Shown here: positions 10,291 through 20,190 of the stretch, one piece after another | Layout: each line of letters opens with the position of its first letter | Position numbering within the stretch: position 1 is the first letter of the stretch | DNA from: Acidobacteriota bacterium | Lineage (GTDB): Bacteria; Acidobacteriota; UBA6911; RPQK01; CBDAPI01 | Assembly: GCA_965249245.1 (NCBI GenBank) | Contig: CBDFLV010000006.1 | Coordinates: 1,927,628 to 1,991,627 of the forward strand | DNA: 64,000 bases | Reading direction: 5' to 3' | Notes under the pieces: generated by a model | Told to the model about the DNA's origin: nothing | Seen by the model: only the letters and a program-made list of their open reading frames with translations | Databases searched by the model: none | Position numbers and translations under genes: made by a program

Positions 10291-10394
10291 GGGGGAGAGT
10301 AGGATGTCCCCCTTTTGTTTTCAGGCGGTCGAAGCGTTCTTGAGTGACGGGATTAGGGGTTTTCCGCGGTGGCCTCAGTTAGACTGGAGGTCAA

Positions 10395-12047
10395 ATGAAT
10401 CGTTTCTCTTTGTTGGCGGCGCAGGCTGTTTTGATATTGCTGAACGCCACTGTGCTTGGGCATGAACCGCTGGCTCATGGTTTTGATGCGCCCACCTTTC
10501 GGATCCAGGCGCCTGCGGTACTGAAAGCGGGGACTCGTGTGGTGAGACTACGGGTGGTTGATGAGGAGACAGGGCGGGATCTTCCATCGCGCTTTTCGCT
10601 GGAATGGGACGGTGATCCCTATGTTCCTGCTCATCTGGACAAGAACGGCATTCACTTTACTTCGATCCATACGGGCAAGAAACAGCGCGAGACCTTTCTC
10701 TACGCCCGCGGCAAAGGACCTGTCACGATTCCACTGCCAGATGATTCAGGGGACAGCGGAAGAGTCTGGGTTACGAAGGGATATCAGTATCTGCCGGCTG
10801 AGATGGACTTCTTAAAGGGCGACGAAGTGACGGTCCGCCTGAAGCGATGGAGCGACCTTTCGGCTCGCGGCTGGTTTGCGATGGACGAACACCTGCACTT
10901 CGAGCGGACCGAAAGAGGGATGGATTCAACCTGGTTCGAGATGATCGAAGCCGATGGATTGGAGCATGCCCTGTTCATGGTCCTGAAAGGGGGGAACTTT
11001 GCCGGCGTCTGGGCCCAGCAACCTGCTTATAACAGAACCGGAATGGGCAAGAGTAAGAAGTCGTTGTTGATCCCTGGCGAGGAATTCCGTGGCACCTATC
11101 AGGGACACCACAACCTCTTTCTGCCGGGAAGCCTGCTCGAACCCATCTCCGTGGGAGGAATAGGTGAGCCTCCGCAGCCGGATTCCTGGCCTACGGCCTA
11201 CAGCGTACTCAAGCAAACCCGTGAAGCCGGCGGGATTGGAGGTGCGGCCCATGGCGGCACCTTTGGCCGGGCCTCGACGGCGACTCTGGATGCGTTGTTG
11301 GGGGCCAGTGGATTCATCGAACTGGCGAACACCCGCCTTTATCGCGTCGATGTCTGGTATCGATTGCTGAACTGCGGCGTAGTCCTTCCGCCGGTGGCGG
11401 GGACGGACCTTCCGAACAACCCGTATCGCGAATCCTGGCAGCCGTTTTTCGGCGAAACGCGGACCTATGTTCAATCAGAGGATCCCACTGACTTCGAGCG
11501 CTGGAAGAGTGCTCTGAAGAGTGGGAGAGTCTTTGTCTCCAGTGGACCGATTATCAACCTCAAGGTGAACGGGCAAGGTCTCGGTTCAACCATTCGCCTC
11601 CCCGCGGGCGGCTCGCGAGTCGAGATTGAGGCTGAAATCATGAGTCCACAGCCGATCCGCCTGTTGGAGATCGTGCACAACGGAGCGGCGCTGGAGGTCG
11701 AATCCAAGAAGGAAACCAGCAAACTCGGCGTCTTCCGCCAATCGATCCGTCATCAGTTGGAGATCGACAGGAGCTGTTGGTTGGCGGCCAGGGGAGAAGG
11801 CAGCCGCAAGAATCTGCTTCTGGCTAACACCGGTCACTTGCAATACACTAGGGCACACACAGCGGCCATTCCGGTTGTTGTGGGCGACGAGCCCATTCGT
11901 GTCGCCAAAGACATAGAGGCGCTCAAGGCAGAACTCAAAGCGAACAAAGAGAAGTACCGTACTGAAGCGATATATCCCTCCGATGAAGTGCGGAGTCAGA
12001 TGCTGGAACTTTTTGATCGTGCGCTCACCAGACTCGAGTCCTTTTAG
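10395..12047 (+). CDS. CehA/McbA-family metallohydrolase (secreted)
   Basis: GWFAMDEHLH, GEEFR..GHH, WYRLLNCG..PVAGTD, RTYV, GRVFVSSGP, SCWLAAR, AHTAAI. Confidence 0.82.
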   Translation: MNRFSLLAAQAVLILLNATVLGHEPLAHGFDAPTFRIQAPAVLKAGTRVVRLRVVDEETGRDLPSRFSLEWDGDPYVPAHLDKNGIHFTSIHTGKKQRETFLYARGKGPVTIPLPDDSGDSGRVWVTKGYQYLPAEMDFLKGDEVTVRLKRWSDLSARGWFAMDEHLHFERTERGMDSTWFEMIEADGLEHALFMVLKGGNFAGVWAQQPAYNRTGMGKSKKSLLIPGEEFRGTYQGHHNLFLPGSLLEPISVGGIGEPPQPDSWPTAYSVLKQTREAGGIGGAAHGGTFGRASTATLDALLGASGFIELANTRLYRVDVWYRLLNCGVVLPPVAGTDLPNNPYRESWQPFFGETRTYVQSEDPTDFERWKSALKSGRVFVSSGPIINLKVNGQGLGSTIRLPAGGSRVEIEAEIMSPQPIRLLEIVHNGAALEVESKKETSKLGVFRQSIRHQLEIDRSCWLAARGEGSRKNLLLANTGHLQYTRAHTAAIPVVVGDEPIRVAKDIEALKAELKANKEKYRTEAIYPSDEVRSQMLELFDRALTRLESF

Positions 12048-12251
12048 AGATTGCCAGAAATGGGCTGGCTACCCTGAATACGAATGGCCGGAACGGGCTC
12101 ACGGAAGAGACCGGACACCCGGCAAGCGGTCGGCCATGGCAGCTCCGGTCCGCCGCAGCTCATCCCGGGTCGCCTGGCGGAAGCGCAAGAGCGTGGCACG
12201 ATGATTCACGTCCAACGCTAAATTGGTTAGACTGTCCCCTCTTTTCCCATC

Positions 12252-12640
12252 CTAAAATACCTTTCTGAAAACCCGTTCCGCGCGGTCCAGGGTCTCATCC
12301 ACATCTTCATCGGTGAGACCTCCGGTGGGATACCATCTGCCACTTCTGATAAGCATAATCCCCTCTTCAAGAAACGCGTCTACCATTTTCTGATGGAGTT
12401 CCTTGTCCATGCCTTTAAGGTCTGCCGGACTGTGCGCGATATCAATATCAAGCTTTGTCATGAAAACACCGCCTGCGGAGGGTCCCTGAATAAACAGCGG
12501 GACATTATTGCGGCTGCCGATCTCTTTCAGTTCTTTCATCAGTCTACCCTGAAGACACGCCATGTGTTCATAGTACGCGCCATCATCTTTTTCCAGGATG
12601 GACAGATTCGCCAGGCCCGCTGCCATGCCGAATGGATATG
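12252..12640 (-). pseudogene. C-terminal fragment of a class-III (HemL-like) aminotransferase
   Basis: YPFGMAAGLANL...EEGIML...LTDEDVDETL. Lower GC than its neighbours, and the N-terminal part is missing next to the IS1 remnant. Confidence 0.72.
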
Positions 12641-12657
12641 CGGTGCTTTTTCAGGGA

Positions 12658-13440
12658 AGTGTTGTTGACTTTGTCCAACAGCCTCCCAACACATGATTCT
12701 AACTGGATTTCCTCCTCGTTTTCTGGCAACAAACATGTATCAAACGGAGCAAGAGCTCATCTCGCTGCTGTCCCAACCCCAATTGCTGCTTCAATGGACT
12801 GACCGGCAAAGGCAACATTATCCGACACTCCTTCTACATCACAACGCAAGGAAGACGCCGACGTTTCCGTTGCAAACAATGCGGCGGGACCTTCTCGTCC
12901 ACCCACGGCACGCCTTATTATTGGCTGCACAAACCCAGGTCCTTGTTCGATGAAGTCGTCCACATGTGTGTTCACGGGCTTGCGATATCTACCATCGCTC
13001 GCATCAAACGCATGGCCTGGGGCACCGTCGCCAGATGGCTTGAATCCGCAGCAATATATGCAGAGCGGTTCAATGTTCAGATGCTGAAAGGGTTCGTTAT
13101 CCGTGAGCTTCAAGCCGACGAGATCAGGACATTCGTAGGAGCAAAGAAGCGGGTGAGTTGGGTGCTGACCAGCCTGGAAGTGTGGTCCAGACTGTGGGTC
13201 TCGGCAAGGGTTGGCCGCCGCAACTTCCGGAGCATCAAGCGAGTGATTCTCAATATTTGTCTTATTCCGAGGATTCCAGCACCCTGAACACCAGTTTCAT
13301 CGAGCGCCACAATCTAGCCATGCGCCAAGGCTGTTCCTATCTTGGCCGTCGTGCACCTTGTCACGCCCGCCGTACGAAATTCCTGGAAGGTCAGGTGGCC
13401 CTCCTCATGGCGTATTACAACTTCGTGCGTCCGCACTCGG
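12658..13440 (+). mobile_element. IS1-family transposase remnant (internal deletion/frameshift, 3' end cut by the next transposon)
   Basis: Zn ribbon CCPNPNC..RFRCKQCG from 12766, then HTH and LQADE, then a frame change to LNTSFIERHNLAMRQ..YYNFVRPHS, which ends at the TGTAA of 13441. Confidence 0.8.
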
Positions 13441-13654
13441 TGTAATACGTCACAAACTTCTCTGCCTTTTGCAGCCGGAATTGTATAGATTGTCTTAGCC
13501 CGCAGCGGGTGAAAAGAATATGACAGTGTGACAGCTGTCTTGGCTGCGGAGAAGAAGGGAAAGGAGCAGCCGGGAGCCCGTGGTTTGAGCTTCGGATAAC
13601 TCCCGGCTTTTCGAAGACAAACTTCAGATTCAGGATCGCTTCCAAGACAGGTCT

Positions 13655-14290
13655 TTGTCAAGTCTTTCCTCTCTGGGACTGGGGCTGTACGAGCTGTTGC
13701 CCGACTACCGGGACCGCTGTCCGCTGTGCCGGGGAAGTGAATGCGCCGTACGCCACGGTCTGTATTTCAGGTGCTTGGTGGATGAGGAGGGGCGGACCTA
13801 TCAACGGTTTCCAGTGGCTCGCTTCCGCTGCCGGCGGGGGGGCCCGGATCAGCCACGAGATGTCACCTTCAGCGTGCTGCCGGCTCAAGTGGTGCCGCGC
13901 CGACGCTTCAGCCTGGGGTTGATGAGCTGGATGGTCGAAGTGGTGGTGAACGGCAAACGGACGATGCGCCAAGCGCTGGACGAGGTGGCCACGGCCGGCA
14001 GCCAAGGTGAGGAAGCTGTGCTGTTGGAGGAGTTGACGCTGCACCGCATGCTGCTGCTGTTGGCGGCCGTCTATGGGCGACTGCTCTCTTTTCCGGTGGC
14101 CGAGGTCGAGTTGCCCGGAGCCGTCCAAGGGGTGCGGCGGCAGGCCCAGCAGGTGGCCGCGCTGCTGGCGGCCCAGCCCCGAGGCTCTCCACCCCGAGTG
14201 GTGCTGCGTTTTCATCGGCGTTACTTCCCCCACCTGCTGTTCGACCTACGATTGGCTCTCGGGCCCCGCTCTGGCTTGCTGACGGGCTGA
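13655..14290 (+). CDS. DUF6431-like Zn-finger protein of the transposon
   Basis: CPLC....C..RHG.Y.R....RFRC....TFSVLP...P.RRFS, located upstream of the transposase. Start codon uncertain. Confidence 0.7.
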   Translation: MSSLSSLGLGLYELLPDYRDRCPLCRGSECAVRHGLYFRCLVDEEGRTYQRFPVARFRCRRGGPDQPRDVTFSVLPAQVVPRRRFSLGLMSWMVEVVVNGKRTMRQALDEVATAGSQGEEAVLLEELTLHRMLLLLAAVYGRLLSFPVAEVELPGAVQGVRRQAQQVAALLAAQPRGSPPRVVLRFHRRYFPHLLFDLRLALGPRSGLLTG

Positions 14291-14461
14291 CTCACCGGCA
14301 TCCGCTGTGTCTGCAGCACAAGTCGCTCAATCCCCTTTTTGCGCCACGTTGTTTGGACCCGGCTGGCAGCCGCGTCATGACAAGAATCGATCCTCCACAC
14401 TGCGTGATAGGGGCCCAGCGGTAGGGTTGTGGCACAAAGGGTTGGCCAAAGGAGCCTCAGG

Positions 14462-15715
14462 ATGAAGGGAAAACAAAAACGCCAGGCCGTGGCGCTGTTC
14501 CGCTACGGCGTCATCGCGCCGGTGCTGCACGCCGCCGCCGGCAGCCAAGCCCGTTACTTCGGCCGCATGGCCCGAAAAGAGCTGGATGTGCCGGGTCTGG
14601 GCAGACGCCGCTACTCAGTCGCCACTTTCAAGAGCTGGTTGCGCCGCTACCGCCAAGAAGGACTCGACGGACTCTTGCCCAAGCGGCGTTGCGATGCGGG
14701 CCGAAGCCGGGTCATCTCCGAGCAGCTGAGCGCCCACATCTCCGAGCTGCTGGCCCGCCATCCCCGGGTGCCGGTCAACCGACTCCGTGAACAGCTGGTG
14801 GCCTCGGGCCACATCACTTCGCGCCGCATCTCCGAATCCACTTTGCGTCGTCACATCAAGCGGGCCGGTCTGCGGCCCCAGGTCAAGCCGGCGCCCAAGG
14901 CCCGCAAGCACTTCGAAAAACCCCACGCCAACGATCTGTGGGTGATGGATTTTATGCACGGCCCCAAGGTGCCTCTCGGCCGCCGCCGCCGCAAAACCTA
15001 CCTGGCTGCAGCCATCGATGACCATTCCCGCTTCCTGACCCTGGCCCGCTTCTACACCCGGGAAAACTCCGCAGTGGTCGTCTCGGCACTCCAAAAAGCC
15101 TTCTCGCGCCATGGTTTACCCCAGATCCTTTACTGTGACAACGGCTCGGCCTTCTCCTCCAAACAACTCACCTTGGCCTGCGCCCGTCTGGGTGTGGCTC
15201 TGGTGCATTCCAAGCCCTATGACAGTCCTTCGCGCGGAAAAATCGAGCGCTGGTTTCGCACCCTGCGCCAGGGTTTTCTAAGCCTTCTCGATCTCGAGGC
15301 CTTGACCCTCGACGATCTCAATGCTCGCTTGTCTCAGTGGCTGGAGCAGGACTATCACCGGCGCCGCCACTCGAGCATCTGTGAGACGCCACTGGAGCGT
15401 TACCTGCGCTCGCTCGCCTCCATTCGCCGCCGTACGGTCAGCCGGGCCGAGTTGGACCGGGTCTTTTACCGCACGTTGCACCGCACCGTCCGCAACGACT
15501 GCACCGTCTCCATCGCCCGCCGGCTCTGGGAAGTGCCGCCCCAATACACTGGCCTGCGCATCGAGATCCGCCATCCCGAAGGACGTCCCAGTGAGCTGTT
15601 TCTCTTCGAAGACGACCAGCCGGTGGTGCGTCTGCACCGGGTCGACGCCGCCCAAAACGCCACTTCCCCCCGAAGACCCCGTTTTTCCCTTCCCGACGAG
15701 GAGGATGAATCGTGA
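14462..15715 (+). CDS. DDE integrase/transposase with Mu-transposase C-terminal domain
   Basis: ALFRYGVIAP, LWVMDFMHGP, IDDHSR, YCDNGSAF, GKIERWFRT. AAGGAG precedes the ATG at 14462. Confidence 0.92.
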   Translation: MKGKQKRQAVALFRYGVIAPVLHAAAGSQARYFGRMARKELDVPGLGRRRYSVATFKSWLRRYRQEGLDGLLPKRRCDAGRSRVISEQLSAHISELLARHPRVPVNRLREQLVASGHITSRRISESTLRRHIKRAGLRPQVKPAPKARKHFEKPHANDLWVMDFMHGPKVPLGRRRRKTYLAAAIDDHSRFLTLARFYTRENSAVVVSALQKAFSRHGLPQILYCDNGSAFSSKQLTLACARLGVALVHSKPYDSPSRGKIERWFRTLRQGFLSLLDLEALTLDDLNARLSQWLEQDYHRRRHSSICETPLERYLRSLASIRRRTVSRAELDRVFYRTLHRTVRNDCTVSIARRLWEVPPQYTGLRIEIRHPEGRPSELFLFEDDQPVVRLHRVDAAQNATSPRRPRFSLPDEEDES

Positions 15716-16506
15716 TCCACACTTTTTACGGCTTCTCCGACACTCCCTTCGCCAAGGACATCCCGGCCCAGAAACTGCTCCCCACTGCGGCCTTTGACGA
15801 ACTCGCCCGGCGCCTGGACTACATGCGTACCCGTCTGGGGCTGATGCTCGTGCTGGGGGAGGCCGGAACCGGCAAAACGGCCGCCGTGCGCGCCTTCGTC
15901 GAGCAACTCAACTCCTCCGTCTACAAGCTCTTCTACGTGCCCCTGTCGACGGTCACTCCCCTGGATTTTTGGGCCCAGCTCAACAGCGAGTTCGGCGGTG
16001 AGCCCTCCAGCCGCAAGTCCACTCTGTTTCGAAACCTGCAAACGGCCGTGCGCGACTATGTGGAGAACGCCAAAAAGACCCCGATTCTAATTCTCGACGA
16101 GAGCCAGTGTCTGCCCGACAAAACACTGGACGAAATACCTGTACTTCTTAATTTTAGGATGGATTCAATCGATCCCCTGCTCATGATCATGATCGGTCAT
16201 CCCGACCTGGGCCGACGGCTCGGGCGCCCCATGTTCCGCAACATCCACCAGCGCATCCTACTCTCCTACAAGCTGCCTCCCCTGGATGAGGCCGAAACCA
16301 AAAACTACGTCTGCCACCATCTCCAGCTGGCCGGAGCTAAACCCGACATCTTCACCGACTCGGCCTACCTGGCCCTTTACAAAACTTCGGGCGGCGTCTG
16401 CCGGCTGCTGAACCGCCTCTGCCTGGCCGCGCTCAACCGGGGCGTGCTCGAGCAAAAGGCCACTCTGGACGAAGAGGACATCTACCGGGCCTCCGACGAG
16501 CTGTGA
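15712..16506 (+). CDS. ExeA-like AAA+ ATPase (transposition helper)
   Basis: Walker A GEAGTGKT, Walker B ILILDESQ, GGVCRLLNRLC. Overlaps the transposase stop. Confidence 0.9.
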   Translation: MIHTFYGFSDTPFAKDIPAQKLLPTAAFDELARRLDYMRTRLGLMLVLGEAGTGKTAAVRAFVEQLNSSVYKLFYVPLSTVTPLDFWAQLNSEFGGEPSSRKSTLFRNLQTAVRDYVENAKKTPILILDESQCLPDKTLDEIPVLLNFRMDSIDPLLMIMIGHPDLGRRLGRPMFRNIHQRILLSYKLPPLDEAETKNYVCHHLQLAGAKPDIFTDSAYLALYKTSGGVCRLLNRLCLAALNRGVLEQKATLDEEDIYRASDEL

Positions 16507-16769
16507 ATAGCGCCGACATGTTCTTCGACAACTCTCCCGAGAAGATCCTCGCCTACCTGCAAGAGCAGCTGCCCGATTACCCTTACCGCCCCGAGCTGGA
16601 TGCGGCTTTCATTGCCGAACTGACCGCCGACTTCCCCGACGTAGACATCCTGGAAGAGATCAAAACCTTCCGCTGGTACTTCGACAACGCTCCGCTGAGT
16701 CGCGTCAACAACGTCCGCGTCGCCCTGCGTCGCTGGATCGCCAACGCCAACGGCTCCCGCTTCCGCTAG
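16503..16769 (+). CDS. Small hypothetical protein inside the transposon
   Basis: 88 aa, translationally coupled (GTGA) to the ATPase, with the same codon style. Confidence 0.75.
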   Translation: MNSADMFFDNSPEKILAYLQEQLPDYPYRPELDAAFIAELTADFPDVDILEEIKTFRWYFDNAPLSRVNNVRVALRRWIANANGSRFR

Positions 16770-16819
16770 CTCCTCTCCTACCAAGGGCTGGCCTCAACCA
16801 CCAGCGCTCCTCTAATCCG

Positions 16820-18220
16820 TCATTTTCTGCTTACCCAATCCAGGTCAAAACAGCCTGACTTCACCCCCTCTAAACAATCTGCTGTCTTACAGGGTCCACG
16901 TCGGGACTGACAGATCTGCGCGTGGGCTATGGCCATGGTAAATAGCCCCTGCTCGATAAAGTAGGCATTGGGCCAGCGTTGATGATCGCTCCCTCGGGCT
17001 CGGCCTCTCCGTTTCCGGCGCTTTCGCAGAATCGATCGCAGACGCCCTCGTACCCATCCATCCACCCCCTTAAACGTCGCTGGATGGCTGTGTTGAAAGT
17101 ACCCAAACCAACCCCGTAGGATTGGGTTGAGCGTCTCAATGGTCTGCTTCAGACTGTGGCCATTCGTCCTTCGGGTCAGTGGGCGGACTCGCTCCCGCAG
17201 CTTCTTTTCACTGCTTTTGCGAGGCCATTTAAGCCCTCTTTCAAAGTGGTAACCCAGAAAGTCGAACCCACCCTTTTGGCGAGCATCCACTACCCGGGTC
17301 TTGTTCGGGTTCAGTCGTAATCCACGCTGCGCCAGCTCCTTTCGAAGCTTCCTCAGCGCTTCTCGCGCCTGTCGCTCATCTCGGCATAGAATCACCCCAT
17401 CATCGGCATAGCGGATCATCACTTCCCCGGCACGCTCCATCTCTTCATCCACTGGATGTAAATACAGATTAGCCAGCAACGGACTGATCACCGCACCTTG
17501 AGGAGTTCCTCTCTCCGGCTTCCACTTCTTCATCCCATCCAGAACTTCTTGTTCCAGATAGCTTCGAATCAGCTTCAGCACTCGACCGTCTGAGACTTCC
17601 TTCTCCACTTCTTGCATCAAGATCTCCGGGTCAATGCAGTCAAAGTATTTCTCGATGTCTGCATCAACCACCCAGTGATAGCCTTCTTCCAGTCGTCGTT
17701 GCACCTCGCGCAGTGCATCCTTGCAGCTTCGCTGCGGCCGGAATCCATAACTGTGCCGGCAGAACTTCTTTTCGAAGATTGGTTCCAGCACCTGGCGAAG
17801 GGATGTCTGCACCACTCTGTCCCGTACTGTCGGGATCCCCAGCGGTCGCTTCTTCCCTCCTCCTTTATCGATCCAGTGTCGGCGCACTGCTCGCGGTTGA
17901 TAGCGATCGTCTTTCAGTTCCTGGTGCAGTTGCTCCAGTTCCCTTTCCAATCGCCACTCAAACTTCTGGATACTTTGGCCATCCACTCCACCGGCTCCTT
18001 TCCGTCGGCGTACCTTTCGCCACGCCGCTTCCAGACTCCGATTTCTGTAGACCTTGTCAATCAAGCTGAACCATTTGCCTCCTTTCACTCCTGTTTCCAG
18101 GGTCGTCAGCATGCGTTCGGTCCACACTTCCGCTTCCACCCAGCTCCATTTCTGGCTCTCGGCTTCTCTGCCTTGCTTAGGAGTCTCCTCCACTTTCGAC
18201 AGTTCCTCTTGCTTCGTCAT
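16820..18220 (-). CDS. ltrA: Group II intron reverse transcriptase/maturase (no endonuclease domain)
   Basis: GAGGVDG, RPLGIPTVRDR, SYGFRP, VVDADI, GTPQGAVISPLLANLYL, YADD, FDFLGY and domain X. The last 23 aa are read from the transposon end. Probable ATG at 18220. Confidence 0.95.
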   Translation of the reverse strand: MTKQEELSKVEETPKQGREAESQKWSWVEAEVWTERMLTTLETGVKGGKWFSLIDKVYRNRSLEAAWRKVRRRKGAGGVDGQSIQKFEWRLERELEQLHQELKDDRYQPRAVRRHWIDKGGGKKRPLGIPTVRDRVVQTSLRQVLEPIFEKKFCRHSYGFRPQRSCKDALREVQRRLEEGYHWVVDADIEKYFDCIDPEILMQEVEKEVSDGRVLKLIRSYLEQEVLDGMKKWKPERGTPQGAVISPLLANLYLHPVDEEMERAGEVMIRYADDGVILCRDERQAREALRKLRKELAQRGLRLNPNKTRVVDARQKGGFDFLGYHFERGLKWPRKSSEKKLRERVRPLTRRTNGHSLKQTIETLNPILRGWFGYFQHSHPATFKGVDGWVRGRLRSILRKRRKRRGRARGSDHQRWPNAYFIEQGLFTMAIAHAQICQSRRGPCKTADCLEGVKSGCFDLDWVSRK

Positions 18221-18654
18221 TGACTCTACACATCCACCTTCCTGGCGGGCCTTCGCTCCACCGGCATTACCCGGCTTCTTCACTACTACGCCGCCTCTGA
18301 CTTCTGCGGGTCTCTTACCAGACCGACCTTTCGCAGACCTCCTCGCTTTACGTCACTTGAACTTCCCACCATTCCATCTCCAACCACCCCAAGGGTTAAC
18401 AAGATGCCTTTTTCACGTTACCCATCAGGCTCTTGTCCGTGTCAGGTTTCCCTTCCATTCGAGCTTCGCCATTTCCCAGCAGGCTCGCTGTCCCCTCTGA
18501 GCCGAATCGAGTTCGTCTCCTACAGACTGGTGGTTCTCCTTCGGCTGCTTCCCACCCCACCTCACGATGACGCAGTTGCCGTCGAATACGGGCCGGAGAA
18601 CGTTTGCCCGGTAGGGACTTTCACCCTACTGTTCAAGTGCGCTTACGAGCGCAC
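16892..18654 (-). mobile_element. Group II intron copy 1, 3'-truncated (domains V-VI missing)
   Basis: 5' end GTGCG at 18654. DI-DIII match copy 2. The sequence switches to the transposon end at GGACCC|TGTAA. Confidence 0.9.
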
Positions 18655-18706
18655 TAGGAGGACCCTCCGTGGTCCGATCAGATCGCCGCGCGGAGGCGGC
18701 TCCTAC
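18655..18706 (-). repeat. GTAG-type REP doublet forming the 5' exon of intron copy 1
   Basis: GTAGGAGCCGCCTCCGCGCGGCGATCTGATCGGACCACGGAGGGTCCTCCTA|GTGCG. An intact copy is at 29579-29631. Confidence 0.85.
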
Positions 18707-18741
18707 ATTCAGGGTTCAGCGTTCCAAACGGCGTACTGGAA

Positions 18742-19428
18742 TCAAAAAAGATCCAGGTTGCGGGGGCGCCGTGGCGGCGGATCGAGACATTTGGGTGAAT
18801 CGAAATCGGTGCGATTGACCGCCGGGTTTACGGGCACCTTCTCCATTTGGCGGGACGGAAAAGGGCCCAGCATCTCCTTTAGCCGGGCCGGACTGGATGC
18901 GGCATCCAGCCACAAATCCAGCATCGATCGATCCAGGATGGCGGGCATTCGATCATGCATACCGGCAACCAGGTCGTTGGGAGGAGTGGTCAGAATAGTG
19001 CAGGTCTCGATGCTTTCCCCTGCTTCATTGAGCCAGCGATCCCAGAGCCCTGCAAAAGAGAACAACTCTCGATCTTTCAAACGGAAGTGAAAGGGCTGCT
19101 TGAAACCACGCTCCCGCCGCCACTCATAGAACCCATCCGAGGGAATCAGGCACCGGCGGCTCCGGAATGAGTCCCGAAAGGAGAGCTTTCGATCCACGGT
19201 CTCAGAGCGGGCGTTGATGAAAGACGAAAGATCGGACGACCGGCTGAAATGGGGGATCAGTCCCCACTTCATGAACCTGGCCATCCGAGGCCCCTCCGCA
19301 GGCGGGAGAACGACCAGAACATCTTGAGAGGGAGCGATGTTGTAACGCACTTCCAACTCGGGCCGCTCGTTCAGTTCGAAGAAAGTCAGAACTTCATCAA
19401 CTCTGGTCAGAGTAAAGCGCCCGCACAT
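18742..19428 (-). CDS. SOS response-associated peptidase (SRAP/YedK, abasic-site protection)
   Basis: Starts MCGRF (catalytic Cys2). RYNIAPSQ, INARSET, GFYEW, HDRMP. Confidence 0.93.
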   Translation of the reverse strand: MCGRFTLTRVDEVLTFFELNERPELEVRYNIAPSQDVLVVLPPAEGPRMARFMKWGLIPHFSRSSDLSSFINARSETVDRKLSFRDSFRSRRCLIPSDGFYEWRRERGFKQPFHFRLKDRELFSFAGLWDRWLNEAGESIETCTILTTPPNDLVAGMHDRMPAILDRSMLDLWLDAASSPARLKEMLGPFPSRQMEKVPVNPAVNRTDFDSPKCLDPPPRRPRNLDLF

Positions 19429-19661
19429 TGGCTCGTGTTCTCTCCTTCGTGACGGCCCGACCTGTGACCCCCTGATCAAGGTCCCGGACAAGCTCGGATC
19501 CCTGCTATTATAGGGGAATCGTGGCCACATTGATGTTGATTCCCAGGCACTGCAAATCCTTGCTTTTTGGAACTCTATGGATCATGATTTTCGGAACATC
19601 GCTGCCCGGGACAGCGTCTATAGGACCTGAAAATCTGTCCTGAGGGCAGGCGAAGGACTTT

Positions 19662-20042
19662 ATGAGCTCTGAGGTGAAATCTCCTCCTGAGGAGTCAGAC
19701 AAGAAGCAGAAGTGGCCTCCGTACAGCATGGTCGACCCGCGCATGCGGCGGATTTACTTCAAGTTCTACAAAGAGACCTACAAGTCTTCTCAGATCGACC
19801 GCAAGACCAAAGAACTCATCGCGATTGCGGCTTCTCTGGGTTATCAATGTGAGGGCTGCCTGGAAGGGCACATCAAGAAGGCTATCGAGTACGGAGCCAC
19901 CAAAGAGGAGATCAGCGAGTCCATTGCCATCACCATGGGTGTCGCGGCCGCCTCAGTCGTAGATCAAACTGACCTTATTTCCGAGAAGCTGGGAATCGGT
20001 CATTTCAAACCGTCCGTTGATTCTGAGTGCGATTCCAAGTAA
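19662..20042 (+). CDS. Carboxymuconolactone decarboxylase/AhpD-family protein
   Basis: KTKELIAIA...CEGCLEGHIKKAIEYGATKEEI. Confidence 0.85.
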   Translation: MSSEVKSPPEESDKKQKWPPYSMVDPRMRRIYFKFYKETYKSSQIDRKTKELIAIAASLGYQCEGCLEGHIKKAIEYGATKEEISESIAITMGVAAASVVDQTDLISEKLGIGHFKPSVDSECDSK

Positions 20043-20190
20043 CACTTGAAAGTTTCCTGAGAAGTGCTGCCGCAACCTGTCCCGTGACGGCTCCAAAGAG
20101 CAGGCAACCCTCCTCTTGTGGGTTACAATGCCAAATGGAAATCAAACAGGCCCGAGGCCGGGCTGAAATCCAGGTGCAATGGAGGATCCG

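Larger units (their letters stand above)
13441..16891 (+). mobile_element. Four-gene Mu-like DDE/ExeA-ATPase transposon
   Basis: Ends TGTAA...TTACA with related subterminal motifs (AGATTGTCTTAG at 13487 vs CTAAACAATCT at 16870). It interrupts different elements on each side. Confidence 0.8.

Noticed and set aside
12090-12250. Possible sulfatase C-terminal remnant on the - strand (LDVNHRATLLRFRQATRDELRRTGA..)
   Set aside because: Too short and weak to call without a search.
16820-18283. RT as a retron, DGR or defence RT; ORF-track start at 18283
   Set aside because: It has domain X and sits in group II intron RNA with a GTGCG 5' end. The 18283 GTG falls within ribozyme domain III, so 18220 is preferred.
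18404-19090. ORFs duplicated at 18054/18404 and 37187/37516
   Set aside because: They are antisense readings of the duplicated intron RNA, not proteins.
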